The position numbers and the translations under genes are program-made. This document shows, piece after piece, positions 1 to 8,894 of a DNA stretch of 40,271 nucleotides. Source of the DNA: Anaerolineales bacterium (GTDB lineage Bacteria > Chloroflexota > Anaerolineae > Anaerolineales > DRMV01); NCBI GenBank assembly GCA_026985995.1, contig JALSPJ010000117.1:1-40271 (forward strand). The letters are read 5' to 3'. How positions within the stretch are numbered: position 1 is the stretch's first letter; every line of letters begins with the position of its first letter. A model generated the notes under the pieces. The model was not told the DNA's origin. It did no database searches and worked only from the letters and a program-made list of their open reading frames with translations.

Positions 1-717
1 CAAAGCGACCGCGATACCCCTGCCCTGCGCGGGGTAAGCCTGCAGGTGCGGGCCGGCGAAATTTTGGGCCTGGCCGGGGTCTCGGGCAACGGCCAGCGGG
101 AACTGGCCGAGGTCATCGCCGGGCTGCGGCCCCTCACCCGGGGGCGGGTGCACCTGCTGGGCCAAGAGGTGACCGCTTGGCCCCCCGACGCCCGGGCCGA
201 CCTGGGCCTGGCTTACATCCCCGAAGAGCGCATGCGCGAGGGCGTCATCAAGCAATTCAGCGTGGCCGAGAACTTCATCCTGCGGGACCACTTCAAGCCG
301 CCCTTTGCCCGGCGGGGCGTGCTGCAGCCCCGGGCCATTGCCGAACACAGCGACCGGCTCATCGCCGCGTATCAAATCAAGACCCCTTCCCGGGAAACGC
401 CGGTGCAAAGCCTCTCGGGGGGCAACATCCAGAAAGTGGTGCTGGCCCGGGAGCTTTCCCGCGCGCCCAAGGTGATTTTGGCCGCCCAACCCACCCGCGG
501 GCTGGACATTGGGGCCATGGAATATGTGCACCAACAGCTGCTGGCCCAGCGGGAAGCCGGCGCGGCCGTGCTGCTGATTTCCGAAGACTTAGACGAAATT
601 CTGGCCCTGGCGGACCGCATCGCGGTCCTCTACGAGGGCCGCATCATGGGCGTGCTGCCGGCCGCGGCGGCCACGCCCGAGCAGTTGGGCCTGCTCATGG
701 CCGGTGTAGGGGAATGA
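1..717 (+). CDS. ABC transporter ATP-binding protein, C-terminal portion (5' end outside window)
   Basis: Frame 1 is open from base 1 (..ALRGVSLQVRAGEILGLAGVSGNGQ). It has the ABC signature LSGGNIQK, Walker B VILAAQPTRGLD and D-loop/H region, typical of the second NBD of duplicated BMP/nucleoside-sugar importer ATPases. The listed 46 start is an internal GTG. Confidence 0.85.
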   Translation, partial: QSDRDTPALRGVSLQVRAGEILGLAGVSGNGQRELAEVIAGLRPLTRGRVHLLGQEVTAWPPDARADLGLAYIPEERMREGVIKQFSVAENFILRDHFKPPFARRGVLQPRAIAEHSDRLIAAYQIKTPSRETPVQSLSGGNIQKVVLARELSRAPKVILAAQPTRGLDIGAMEYVHQQLLAQREAGAAVLLISEDLDEILALADRIAVLYEGRIMGVLPAAAATPEQLGLLMAGVGE

Positions 718-748
718 TGGTAAAATCCCCCGGGATGGGAGGTGGCGT

Positions 749-940
749 ATGGACGAAAAAGCCTTTCAGGAACTACTGACCAGCGTGCGGGAGGGCGGCG
801 CTATCTTGCGGGGCGAACAACCGCCGGCCCGGGTCTTCGTGATTACCGACACCCAGCGCCGCGCCCCAGGCCCCGACCCCAACCCCGCGGACGCACCCCG
901 GCCGGAAGAGCCCACCCGACCCCAGGAGCCGGGCCCGTGA
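749..940 (+). CDS. Small protein (63 aa); N-terminal 30 aa resemble the pre-HTH segment of XRE/NadS-type antitoxins, rest is Pro-rich
   Basis: ATG preceded by GGGAGGTGG with 5-6 nt spacing. [30 protein letters not shown] matches, from memory, the conserved N-terminus of HTH antitoxins, but no HTH follows. The stop overlaps the mgsA GTG (GTGA at 937-940). Confidence 0.4.
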   Translation: MDEKAFQELLTSVREGGAILRGEQPPARVFVITDTQRRAPGPDPNPADAPRPEEPTRPQEPGP

Positions 941-1458
941 CCGAAGCCGACTATTTGCGCGTCCCCCTGCGCGAGCGCAAGCACATTGGCCTGGTGGCCC
1001 ACGATGGCCGCAAAGCCGACTTGCTGGCCTGGGTGCAGGACCATCGGGACCTGCTGGCCCGGCATATGCTGTATGCCACCGGCACCACGGGCGCGCTCAT
1101 CCACCAGCACACCGGCCTGCCCGTCTATCGCCTCAAAAGCGGCCCCTTCGGCGGCGACCAGCAAATGGGCGCGCTCATCGCCGATGGCGAAATCGACATG
1201 TTGGTCTTCTTTTGGGACCCGCTGGAGCCCCAGCCCCACGACCCCGATGTCAAGGCCCTGCTGCGCATCGCGGTGCTCTACAACATTCCCACCGCGTCCA
1301 ACCGCTCCACGGCCGATTTTCTCATCACTTCGCCGTGGTTCACCCAGCCTTACGCGCGGCGCATTCCCGCGTATCATCGGCGCATTCACCGCCCGCCCTT
1401 CGTGGCGCCGGCGGAACCGACTGAGACGGCCGACGCCGCGCCTGAGGCCCAAACCTGA
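937..1458 (+). CDS. mgsA: Methylglyoxal synthase with Pro/Ala-rich C-terminal tail
   Basis: [80 protein letters not shown] is the canonical MgsA core. The GTG start at 937 is chosen because the upstream 65 aa of the 742 ORF are R/P-rich junk. Confidence 0.85.
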   Translation: MTEADYLRVPLRERKHIGLVAHDGRKADLLAWVQDHRDLLARHMLYATGTTGALIHQHTGLPVYRLKSGPFGGDQQMGALIADGEIDMLVFFWDPLEPQPHDPDVKALLRIAVLYNIPTASNRSTADFLITSPWFTQPYARRIPAYHRRIHRPPFVAPAEPTETADAAPEAQT

Positions 1459-1491
1459 GCGCGCCGCGGGCGACGGTTCCCCAAAAGCAGG

Positions 1492-2481
1492 TCACGGACG
1501 CCGCGCAGGCTGCGGGGCCGCGTCGTCGGCTTCGCGGTCGTAGGCAATGGGCGGCACGGGCCGCGGCCGGGGCTGGGGCGCGCGCCGCCACCCCCGGGGG
1601 TAGTAGAAAGTCTGCCGCAGCTGCGCGGTGAGGGGCTGCCCGGCCAGCCGATAGCCCTGATAAGTGCCCCAAAACTGCCACCAGCGGAACTGCACCACTT
1701 CCCACGCCACCCGACGCCACACCCCCTGGTGCCAGGCGTGCCACCAATCGCTGAGCACATTGCTCACGAACAGACGCACCAAATCGCCCACGCCAAAGCG
1801 CGCCTCGGGGTAGATGCGCTTGAAGGCCATGGCCTCGCGGCGGTAGCGGTTGAAAATCTGCCGCGGGGCCTCGTCGTGCACATGCACGATTTCGGCCGCG
1901 GGCACATACACCACCCGATAACCCTGGGCCATGGCCCATTTGGCCCAGGCTAAGTCTTCCAGGCCGGGCAGGGTTTCGTCGTAAGGGTGCTGCGCCCACA
2001 GCGCGCGACGAATGGCCGCGTTGGCGTTGTTGCAAAAGGGGTGGTCCTGCACCACCGGCTCCTCACCATCGGGGAACCAGGCGGCGAAAATCTGGTGTTC
2101 GGAAAATTTGGTCGTGGCCGCGCCCCGCTGTTTGCCGTAGGTGACGGCCACCTGGGGGTCGGCAAAGGGCTCCAGCAGGCGCTCGAGCCAATCGGGGTAG
2201 ACCGGATACACATGCGCGCTGGCGTTGACGATGAACTCCCCGCGGGCGTGGCGAATGCCCACATTCAGGGCCCGGCCAAAGGTGAATTCCTCGGGCCGAA
2301 TGTGCACCACCCGCACGGGGTAGCGGCGGGCAATGGCCACCGTGGCGTCGATGGAGCCCGAATCCACCAGGATAATTTCGGGCCGCACGGTTTGGTGCAA
2401 AATGCCTTCCAACAGCCGGCCGATGTGGCGCTCTTCGTTGTAGGCGCGGATGACGACGGAACAACACGGCTTACCAGTCAT
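1492..2481 (-). CDS. Family 2 glycosyltransferase
   Basis: N-terminal SVVIRAYNEERHIGRLLEGILHQT..EIILVDSGSIDAT (GT-A fold, DxD-like VDSGS). Overlaps the upstream sulfotransferase gene by 11 nt. Confidence 0.85.
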   Translation of the reverse strand: MTGKPCCSVVIRAYNEERHIGRLLEGILHQTVRPEIILVDSGSIDATVAIARRYPVRVVHIRPEEFTFGRALNVGIRHARGEFIVNASAHVYPVYPDWLERLLEPFADPQVAVTYGKQRGAATTKFSEHQIFAAWFPDGEEPVVQDHPFCNNANAAIRRALWAQHPYDETLPGLEDLAWAKWAMAQGYRVVYVPAAEIVHVHDEAPRQIFNRYRREAMAFKRIYPEARFGVGDLVRLFVSNVLSDWWHAWHQGVWRRVAWEVVQFRWWQFWGTYQGYRLAGQPLTAQLRQTFYYPRGWRRAPQPRPRPVPPIAYDREADDAAPQPARRP

Positions 2482-3340
2482 GGCTCGTTTCGTAGCCCAG
2501 CTGGAGCAGCAAGTCGCCGGTGACCTGCTTGAACAGGTCCTTGAGCGCGGGGGTGAAATATTCCCGCCACGCGCCGGGCTGCCCCCGGCGGAAGGTACCC
2601 GACTGGCGGGGGCGAATGGCCGCCTGCAGGCGGGTGAGGGCCTCGTCTTCGGGCACGCTTAGGGGCCAGTTTCCCCGCTGGCGCACGAAGCGCAGCACCT
2701 GCTGCAGGGCCTGGCGGGGCCGCAGGCGCAGGTCCTCGAAGCGCACCACCAGCACGCCGGGCTGCTGCAGCCAGGCCAGGTAGCTTTCGTAGCGCGAACG
2801 CAGGTCCTCGAAGACCAGGCTGCCTTCCCGGTGCCCGGCGATGACGATGCGCAGCCGGCTTTCCAGGTCCGTGGCCACGGTGTTGAAGTAGGTGTGCCAT
2901 TCGTGATGGGGCTGCATGTCGGCGATATAGAAGGCGTGGGAAACGGCCACATCGCGCGGGTCGCGCACGATGTGCACCGTGGCCCAACCGGGGCGGCTCA
3001 GCCACGAGAGGTAGGGCTCGCGACCGGGCAGGTAGCCGTAGGCCACATCGCCGGGCTGTAGGGCCTGCAGGCGGCGCTGCACGGCCGAGGGCGGCAGCTT
3101 GCGGTTGGCCTCGTCGCGGTTGACCGGCGGCAGGCCGGGATTGACGAAGGGGCCGATGGCCGTAAAGCCCCGCAGCACCTGGTAGAGCAGGTGGGAACCG
3201 GACTTGGTTTGCGCGTTGCCAAACAGCCGCGGCGCAGCCAACAGCGCGGCCCGGCCATAGCGCCGCGCCACCTGCCAGCGACGCCAGCGCCAGCGCCAGC
3301 CTTTGACCCAGGCGCGCAAAGCAGCTTCCCAGGGGTGCAT
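2471..3340 (-). CDS. Sulfotransferase family protein
   Basis: 5'-PSB-like TKSGSH and 3'-PB-like IVRDPRDVAVS motifs, in line with PAPS-dependent sulfotransferases. Coupled to the GT2 gene. Confidence 0.7.
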   Translation of the reverse strand: MHPWEAALRAWVKGWRWRWRRWQVARRYGRAALLAAPRLFGNAQTKSGSHLLYQVLRGFTAIGPFVNPGLPPVNRDEANRKLPPSAVQRRLQALQPGDVAYGYLPGREPYLSWLSRPGWATVHIVRDPRDVAVSHAFYIADMQPHHEWHTYFNTVATDLESRLRIVIAGHREGSLVFEDLRSRYESYLAWLQQPGVLVVRFEDLRLRPRQALQQVLRFVRQRGNWPLSVPEDEALTRLQAAIRPRQSGTFRRGQPGAWREYFTPALKDLFKQVTGDLLLQLGYETSHDW

Positions 3341-3412
3341 CCCTTGGCCTCCGGGGCGCGCCGCGGGCCCACGCGGAGCGGTTCCCCCAAACCCGGCCGC
3401 CGACCCCGCGGC

Positions 3413-3457
3413 GCGAAAAGGCCGAGCCCGACCACCGCCGGGCCCGGCCTCGGGCTC
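3413..3457 (-). terminator. Possible intrinsic terminator after the BMP lipoprotein gene
   Basis: On the minus strand, GAGCCCG..CGGGCTC stem with a GC-rich interior, followed by GGCCTTTTCG. Confidence 0.35.
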
Positions 3458-3474
3458 AATGCCAGACGCGGGGC

Positions 3475-4566
3475 TTACCCACCGGGGTTCCAGCCGGTGT
3501 CGATGGTGCCGTCCATCAAGCCCTGGCGAATTTCGTCCAGCTTGTCTTTGACCTCTTGCGGCACCTGGTCCTCGAAGTCATGGAAGGGGGCCAAGCCCAC
3601 ATCGCCGAAGTAGTTGCCGCTGGGGAAGTTACCTTCCTTGGCCATCTTGATGAGGTCGAAAACGCCGTCGGTAATCAGCTTCATGGCGCTGGTGATGAGG
3701 CAGGGCCGCGCTTCGGGCACGGTGTACCACTGGTCCGTGTCAACGCCGATGCAGTAGACCCGCTCACCGGCCTTGGCCCGGCCCGCGACCTCGATGAGGC
3801 CGCCGTTGCCGGTCTTACCACCGGCGGCGAAAATCACATCCGCGCCCTGGTCCATGGCCTGCTTGGCCGTGGCCGCGCCCCAGGCCGGGTCGGTGAAGGC
3901 CACATCCAGACCGCCGGGGTGGTAGGTCATGAGCACTTCCACATCGGGGTTGACATACTTGGCCCCGTTTTCATAGCCGGTGCCGAAAGCCACCACCGGG
4001 GGCACCAGGTCCGTGCCCAGCACCGCGGCCACTTTGTTGGTCTCGGTCATCATGCCGGCCAGGGCCCCGGCCAGGAAGCCGGCCTGGTCTTCGTGGAAGA
4101 TGAGACCGGCCACATTGGGCTTGGCGTCGGCCTGGAACTGGTCCACGCCGATGAACATGATGTCGGGGTAGCGGTCGGCCATAGCCCGGGTGGCCTCACC
4201 CAAGGCGAAGCCCACGGTGACGATGACATCGTAGCCCTGTTCCGCGAAGAGTTGGATGTTGGCTTCGTAGTCCTTGGCGTCTTTGGTCTCGATGTAGTCG
4301 ATTTTGTCCGCGACGCCCTCTTCCAGGGCCTTTTGCACGCCTTCCCACGCGGACTGGTTGAAGGACTTGTCGTCGATTTCACCCACATCGGTGACCAGGC
4401 CCACGCAGAAGGTATCGGGGCTCTTGCAGTCCACTTCCGCGGCAGCCCCCTGCTCCTGTTGCGCCGCTTCGGTAGCCTGCTCCGCGGCCTGCTGCTGGCC
4501 ACCACAGGCCGCCAACGCGAGGGCCAATACGGCCAGCACGGCGAGCAGCCAATACCACTTCTTCAT
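3475..4566 (-). CDS. BMP-family (PnrA/Med-like) ABC substrate-binding lipoprotein
   Basis: MKKWYWLLAVLAVLALALAACGG lipobox signal peptide. The body (VGLVTDVGEIDDKSFNQSAWEGV.., FIGVD, GTD..PPVV, CIGVDTDQ) is typical of the BMP family. ATG at 4566 preceded by GGAGGAG. Confidence 0.85.
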   Translation of the reverse strand: MKKWYWLLAVLAVLALALAACGGQQQAAEQATEAAQQEQGAAAEVDCKSPDTFCVGLVTDVGEIDDKSFNQSAWEGVQKALEEGVADKIDYIETKDAKDYEANIQLFAEQGYDVIVTVGFALGEATRAMADRYPDIMFIGVDQFQADAKPNVAGLIFHEDQAGFLAGALAGMMTETNKVAAVLGTDLVPPVVAFGTGYENGAKYVNPDVEVLMTYHPGGLDVAFTDPAWGAATAKQAMDQGADVIFAAGGKTGNGGLIEVAGRAKAGERVYCIGVDTDQWYTVPEARPCLITSAMKLITDGVFDLIKMAKEGNFPSGNYFGDVGLAPFHDFEDQVPQEVKDKLDEIRQGLMDGTIDTGWNPGG

Positions 4567-4633
4567 AACCTTCTCCTCCAATCTTGAGGATGGTGCATGG
4601 CCAGGCCATGCTTGGGCGGACAAACACACTCAA

Positions 4634-4662
4634 AGTATACCCTACGCCACGGCCCAGGGCAA
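4634..4662 (-). promoter_or_regulatory. Sigma70-like promoter for the BMP lipoprotein gene
   Basis: Minus strand reads TTGCCC - 17 nt - TATACT, about 65 nt upstream of the ATG. Confidence 0.4.
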
Positions 4663-4696
4663 CCCCGCCGCGCGCAATCGGCCGCCCGCGCAGGCC

Positions 4697-4705
4697 TGGT
4701 ATAAT
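4697..4705 (+). promoter_or_regulatory. Extended -10 promoter (TGGTATAAT) giving a leaderless dinG-like mRNA
   Basis: TATAAT ends at 4705 and the A of the ATG is at 4712, 7 nt downstream. There is no SD between them. Confidence 0.5.
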
Positions 4706-4711
4706 GCCCCC

Positions 4712-7519
4712 ATGCGTGTGTTTGTGGCTTTGGACCTGGAAACCACGGGCCTGGACCCGAACCAGGACGCGATTCTGGAAATCGCGGCCGTGCGCTTTGT
4801 CGAGGGGGAACCGGCCGCGGAATGGCAAACCCTGGTCAACCCGGGTCGCCCCATCCCCCCGGCCATTACCCAACTCACGGGCATCACCGACGCGGAAGTG
4901 GCCACCGCGCCCCCTCTCGAGGCCGTGCTGCCCCAGCTGGAAGCCTTTGTGGGCAACGCGCCTTTGGTGGGGCACAACATCGCCTTCGACCTGGGCTTTT
5001 TGCAGGCGGCCGGGGTGTTCCACGACCATCCCGCGGCCGACACTTATCAGGCCGCGGCCGTGCTCTGGCCCCGCGCCCCCCGCTACGCGCTCTCGGCCCT
5101 GGCCCAGGCCTTGGGTTGGCCCACCGACGACGCGCACCGGGCCTTGGGCGACGCCCGACGGGCCGGGTGGCTCTTTTTGGCCCTGGTGGACGAAGCCGCC
5201 CACCTGCCCCCCGAACTGCTGCAGGAAATGATTCGCCAGGCGCGCAAAATCGACCCGCCCTGGCTGGGGTTGGGGGTGCTGCTCGCGGCTCAGGCCCGGC
5301 AGCAGCAGGCCGGCAAGCGCCCCCGAGGGCGATGGCAGCCTACCTTCCCCCGGCCCCGGGCGTGGGAACCGCCGGCCACGCCGCCCGAGGTCTCCCCCAC
5401 CCCGCTGGATGTGGACGCGGTGGTGGAGGCGTTCCTGCCCGGCGGCGCGCTGCATCAAGCCCTGCCCCAATACGAGCATCGCGCCGAGCAGGTGGAAATG
5501 GCCGCGGCCGTGGCCGACGCGCTGGGTTCCGCCCGCCACCTGCTCATCGAGGCCGGTACGGGCACGGGCAAATCCCTGGCCTATTTGCTGCCCGCGGCCG
5601 CGTTTGCCTTGCACAACCCCGGCTTCCCGGTGGTCGTTTCCACCCACACCAAGAATTTGCAAGACCAGCTGCTGCACAAAGACATCCCCCTGCTCAGCCG
5701 GGCCCTGGGCTGGGAAGAGCGCCTGCGGGTGGCCGTGCTCAAGGGCCGCAGCAATTACCTGTGCCCCCGTCGGCTGCAAGACATGCTGCGCTTGGGCCCC
5801 GAGAACGAAGACGAGGTGCGGGTGCTGCTCAAGGTGCTGGTGTGGCTCTATCACGGCGGCGAGGGCGAACGCAGCACTTTGAGCTTAGGCCGGCGCGACT
5901 ACGCGGCCTGGCGCAAACTCTCGGCCGAGGACGAAGGCTGCCAGGCCCAGGTGTGCCTGAACCGCATGGACGGGGTGTGCCCCTTCTTCCAGGCCCGTCG
6001 CCGGGCCCAGGCCGCGCACCTCATCGTGGTCAACCACGCGCTGCTGCTGAGCGATGCAGCCACGGGCGGCCGCATTTTGCCCGAATATCGGCACCTCATC
6101 ATCGACGAAGCCCATCATCTGGAAGCCGCAGCCACCGACGCGCTCATGGTCGCGGTGCGGGAAGACGACCTGCGCCGCCTGGCGCGCGAGGTGGGCACCC
6201 CCCAGCGGGGGACCTTGGGCCGGGTGTTGAACCTGTTGCGCGGACATCTGGCCTCTGCGCCCCAGCGCTTTACCCAGCTGCGCCAGCGCGGCGAGCGCCT
6301 CACCGAGGCCCTGTTCCAGTTCACCGAGCTGGGCAAGCGGGTGTTCGTGGTGCTGGAAGATGTGCTGCGGGAGCTGCACCAGGGCCGTCGACCGCAGCGC
6401 TACGCGCAGCAGGGCCGCATCACCCCCGCGGTGCGCACCCTGCCCGTGTGGGAGCGGGTGGAAGACGCCTGGAACACGGCCCGGGCCGCGCTGCTGGAAG
6501 GCCAACGCGCCTGGCAGGCCTTGTTGCAAGACGCGCGACGCTGGGCCGCGGACGCGCTGGAAGAAGACCCCGTGCTGAACGACGCGCTGGGTCGACTGGC
6601 TACTTTGGCCGCGGATGCCGAGGCGCTGCGCATCGCGCTGGACCAGTGCATCCTCGAGCCTGGCGACGACCAGGTGTATTGGGTGGAACAGGCCCCGGGC
6701 CGGCGGCCGGTGCTGTATGCCGCACCGCTGCATGTAGGCCCCCTGTTGGAAGAGCTCTTCTGGCGCGGCAAGGACGCGGTCATCCTGACCTCGGCCACCC
6801 TCAGCGTGGGCGGTTCCTTCGATTTTATCCGCCAGCGCCTCAACGCGTTCGAGGCCGATACCCTGGCCTTGGGCTCGCCTTTTGACTATGAAAACGCGGC
6901 CCTGCTCTACCTGGTGAACGACATCCCCGAGCCGTCGCACCCCAACTACCAGCGCACCATGGAGCGGGCCGTGTATGCCCTGGCCCGGGCCACCCGCGGG
7001 CGCATGTTGGTGCTGTTCACTTCCTACGCGCACCTGGAACGCACGGCCCGCACCCTGGCCGGGCCGTTGGCCGAGCTGGGCATCGCACTCTTTCGCCAGG
7101 ACGAAGGCGCGTCGCCCCACGCCCTCATTCGGGCCTTTCGGGAACACGAGGCCGCGGTGCTCTTCGGCACCCGCGCGTTTTGGGAAGGCGTGGACATCCC
7201 CGGCGAGGACCTCTCCGCGCTGGTCATCGCCAAGCTGCCCTTCGCGGTGCCTTCGGACCCGTTGGTGCAGGCCCGCTCGGAGATGTACGACAACCCCTTC
7301 TGGGAATACTCCCTGCCCGACGCGATTCTGGTCTTTCGCCAGGGCTTTGGCCGGCTCATTCGCACCCGCACGGACCGGGGCATCGTGGCCGTGCTGGACC
7401 GGCGCATGGTGAGCAAACGCTACGGCCAGTACTTCCTGCAATCCCTGCCGCCGGCCACGGTGGTGGTGGATTCGTGGCGCCGGCTGGGCCCCACCGCGGC
7501 CCGCTGGCTGGAAGGCTGA
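4712..7519 (+). CDS. dinG: DnaQ-like 3'-5' exonuclease fused to DinG/XPD-family ATP-dependent helicase
   Basis: N-terminus VALDLETTGLDPNQDAILEIAAV..GHNIAFDLGFL..HRALGDA (Exo I-III). Helicase part: GTGTGKSLAY Walker A, Cys cluster NYLCP..CQAQVC..GVCPFF (4Fe-4S), DEAHHL box, C-terminal FWEGVDIPG and QGFGRLIRT. Confidence 0.85.
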   Translation: MRVFVALDLETTGLDPNQDAILEIAAVRFVEGEPAAEWQTLVNPGRPIPPAITQLTGITDAEVATAPPLEAVLPQLEAFVGNAPLVGHNIAFDLGFLQAAGVFHDHPAADTYQAAAVLWPRAPRYALSALAQALGWPTDDAHRALGDARRAGWLFLALVDEAAHLPPELLQEMIRQARKIDPPWLGLGVLLAAQARQQQAGKRPRGRWQPTFPRPRAWEPPATPPEVSPTPLDVDAVVEAFLPGGALHQALPQYEHRAEQVEMAAAVADALGSARHLLIEAGTGTGKSLAYLLPAAAFALHNPGFPVVVSTHTKNLQDQLLHKDIPLLSRALGWEERLRVAVLKGRSNYLCPRRLQDMLRLGPENEDEVRVLLKVLVWLYHGGEGERSTLSLGRRDYAAWRKLSAEDEGCQAQVCLNRMDGVCPFFQARRRAQAAHLIVVNHALLLSDAATGGRILPEYRHLIIDEAHHLEAAATDALMVAVREDDLRRLAREVGTPQRGTLGRVLNLLRGHLASAPQRFTQLRQRGERLTEALFQFTELGKRVFVVLEDVLRELHQGRRPQRYAQQGRITPAVRTLPVWERVEDAWNTARAALLEGQRAWQALLQDARRWAADALEEDPVLNDALGRLATLAADAEALRIALDQCILEPGDDQVYWVEQAPGRRPVLYAAPLHVGPLLEELFWRGKDAVILTSATLSVGGSFDFIRQRLNAFEADTLALGSPFDYENAALLYLVNDIPEPSHPNYQRTMERAVYALARATRGRMLVLFTSYAHLERTARTLAGPLAELGIALFRQDEGASPHALIRAFREHEAAVLFGTRAFWEGVDIPGEDLSALVIAKLPFAVPSDPLVQARSEMYDNPFWEYSLPDAILVFRQGFGRLIRTRTDRGIVAVLDRRMVSKRYGQYFLQSLPPATVVVDSWRRLGPTAARWLEG

Positions 7520-7522
7520 GCC

Positions 7523-8893
7523 TCACCCCGCGGCCAGGCGCAACGCGATGCGGGTCGCGTGCCGCGCGGCCAGGGCGTAAAGGTCTTCCCGCAGGTTTTC
7601 GTTGGGCGCGTGCAGGTTGGAGCCCGGGTAGCCCAGCCCCGAGGTGGCCACCGGCAGCCCCAGCCGATGCACGAACAAGTGCCCCGGGCCCGTGACCCCG
7701 CGCAGGGGCACCTTGCGCATGGGCCGGGCATACACCTCCCGGGCCGCGGCCACCACCAGATCCACGAAGGGATGGTCCGGGTCCATCTTCATGGGCGGCA
7801 CCCCGCCCAAATCCACCACCTGCACATCGCCAAAGCCGTGCGCGTCGAAGTGGGCCCGCAGCAGCCGCGGGATTTCCGCGGGTTCCTGCCAGGGCACCAG
7901 GCGGAAGTCCAGCAGCGCGCGGGCCCGGGCCGGCAGCACGGTCTTCTTGCCCGGGCCCTGATAGCCGGCGGTGAGGCCGGCGATGTTGGCCGTAGGCTCG
8001 AACACGGCCCGCCGCTTGACCTCCAAGGGCACGGGCCCGGCGGGGTCGAGCCCCATGGCCAGGGCCAGTTCGGCGAAGGAACCGTCGGGCAGGTCGGGCA
8101 GCGCGTCCAGCAGGGCCACATCGCGCGGCGACGGCGGCGCGACCCGGTCGTAGAAACCTTCCACCTGCACCCGCCCATCGGGGCCCTTGAGGCTGTTGAG
8201 GGCCCACACCAAACGCCAGGCCGCGTTGGGCACCAGGGACCCCGCGATACCCGAGTGCATGTCGTGGGGCAGGGTTTGCACTTCCAGGGCCACATAGGCC
8301 AGGCCGCGGGTTCCCAAAAACTGCAAGGGCGTGTCGTGGGCGTCCACCCCGCCGAATTCCCAAATCACGCCGTCGGCCTGCAGCAGGTGGGGGTGTTGGA
8401 CCACCATACGGTGCAGCCCCGCGCTGCCGCCGCCTTCTTCGTCGCCTTCGACCACGAATTTGACCGTGACGGGCACCTCGCCCAACGCGTGGAGCAGGGC
8501 GTCGATGGCCAGCAGCCGGCTGAGCAGATGGCCCTTGTCGTCGCTGGCGCCCCGGGCGTAGGCCTTGCCTCCGCGACGGGTGAGCTCGAAGGGCGGTGAA
8601 TGCCAGGCGTCCAGCGGGTCGGGGGGTTGCACATCGTAGTGGTTGTAGAAAAGCAGGGTGCGGGGGCTGCGGCCCTGGCGCTCGGCATAGACCACGGGCG
8701 CGGCGTCGGCGAAGGTGAACACCTGCACCGCGAAGCCCCGGCGCCGCAGCGCATCGGCCACCCAGGCCGCGGCCTGGCGCAGGGCCTCGGGCCGGGTGTG
8801 CACGCTGGGGATGCGGCACAGGGCCGCGAGTTCCTGCAGGCTGGCGTCGAGATGCTCGCCGATGTAGCCGTCGATGGTCGCGATGGGGTCCAT
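7523..8893 (-). CDS. M20-family metallopeptidase (ArgE/DapE/dipeptidase-like)
   Basis: LLFYNHYDVQP, ARGASDDKGHLL, VEGDEEGGG are classical M20 metal-ligand motifs. The ATG lies 1 nt after the antiporter stop. Confidence 0.8.
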   Translation of the reverse strand: MDPIATIDGYIGEHLDASLQELAALCRIPSVHTRPEALRQAAAWVADALRRRGFAVQVFTFADAAPVVYAERQGRSPRTLLFYNHYDVQPPDPLDAWHSPPFELTRRGGKAYARGASDDKGHLLSRLLAIDALLHALGEVPVTVKFVVEGDEEGGGSAGLHRMVVQHPHLLQADGVIWEFGGVDAHDTPLQFLGTRGLAYVALEVQTLPHDMHSGIAGSLVPNAAWRLVWALNSLKGPDGRVQVEGFYDRVAPPSPRDVALLDALPDLPDGSFAELALAMGLDPAGPVPLEVKRRAVFEPTANIAGLTAGYQGPGKKTVLPARARALLDFRLVPWQEPAEIPRLLRAHFDAHGFGDVQVVDLGGVPPMKMDPDHPFVDLVVAAAREVYARPMRKVPLRGVTGPGHLFVHRLGLPVATSGLGYPGSNLHAPNENLREDLYALAARHATRIALRLAAG

Positions 8894-8894
8894 G

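Noticed and set aside
742-936. N-terminal 65-aa extension of the mgsA ORF
   Set aside because: It is R/P-rich with no similarity to MgsA. The conserved core begins just after GTG 937, which overlaps the stop of a better-supported small ORF in another frame.
4379-7441. Long minus-strand ORFs (4379-5854, 5885-7441) antisense to the dinG-like gene
   Set aside because: They are Arg/Gly/Pro/His-rich and low-complexity, with no motifs or SD. They are typical shadow ORFs of a high-GC3 gene on the other strand, which itself carries clear helicase motifs.
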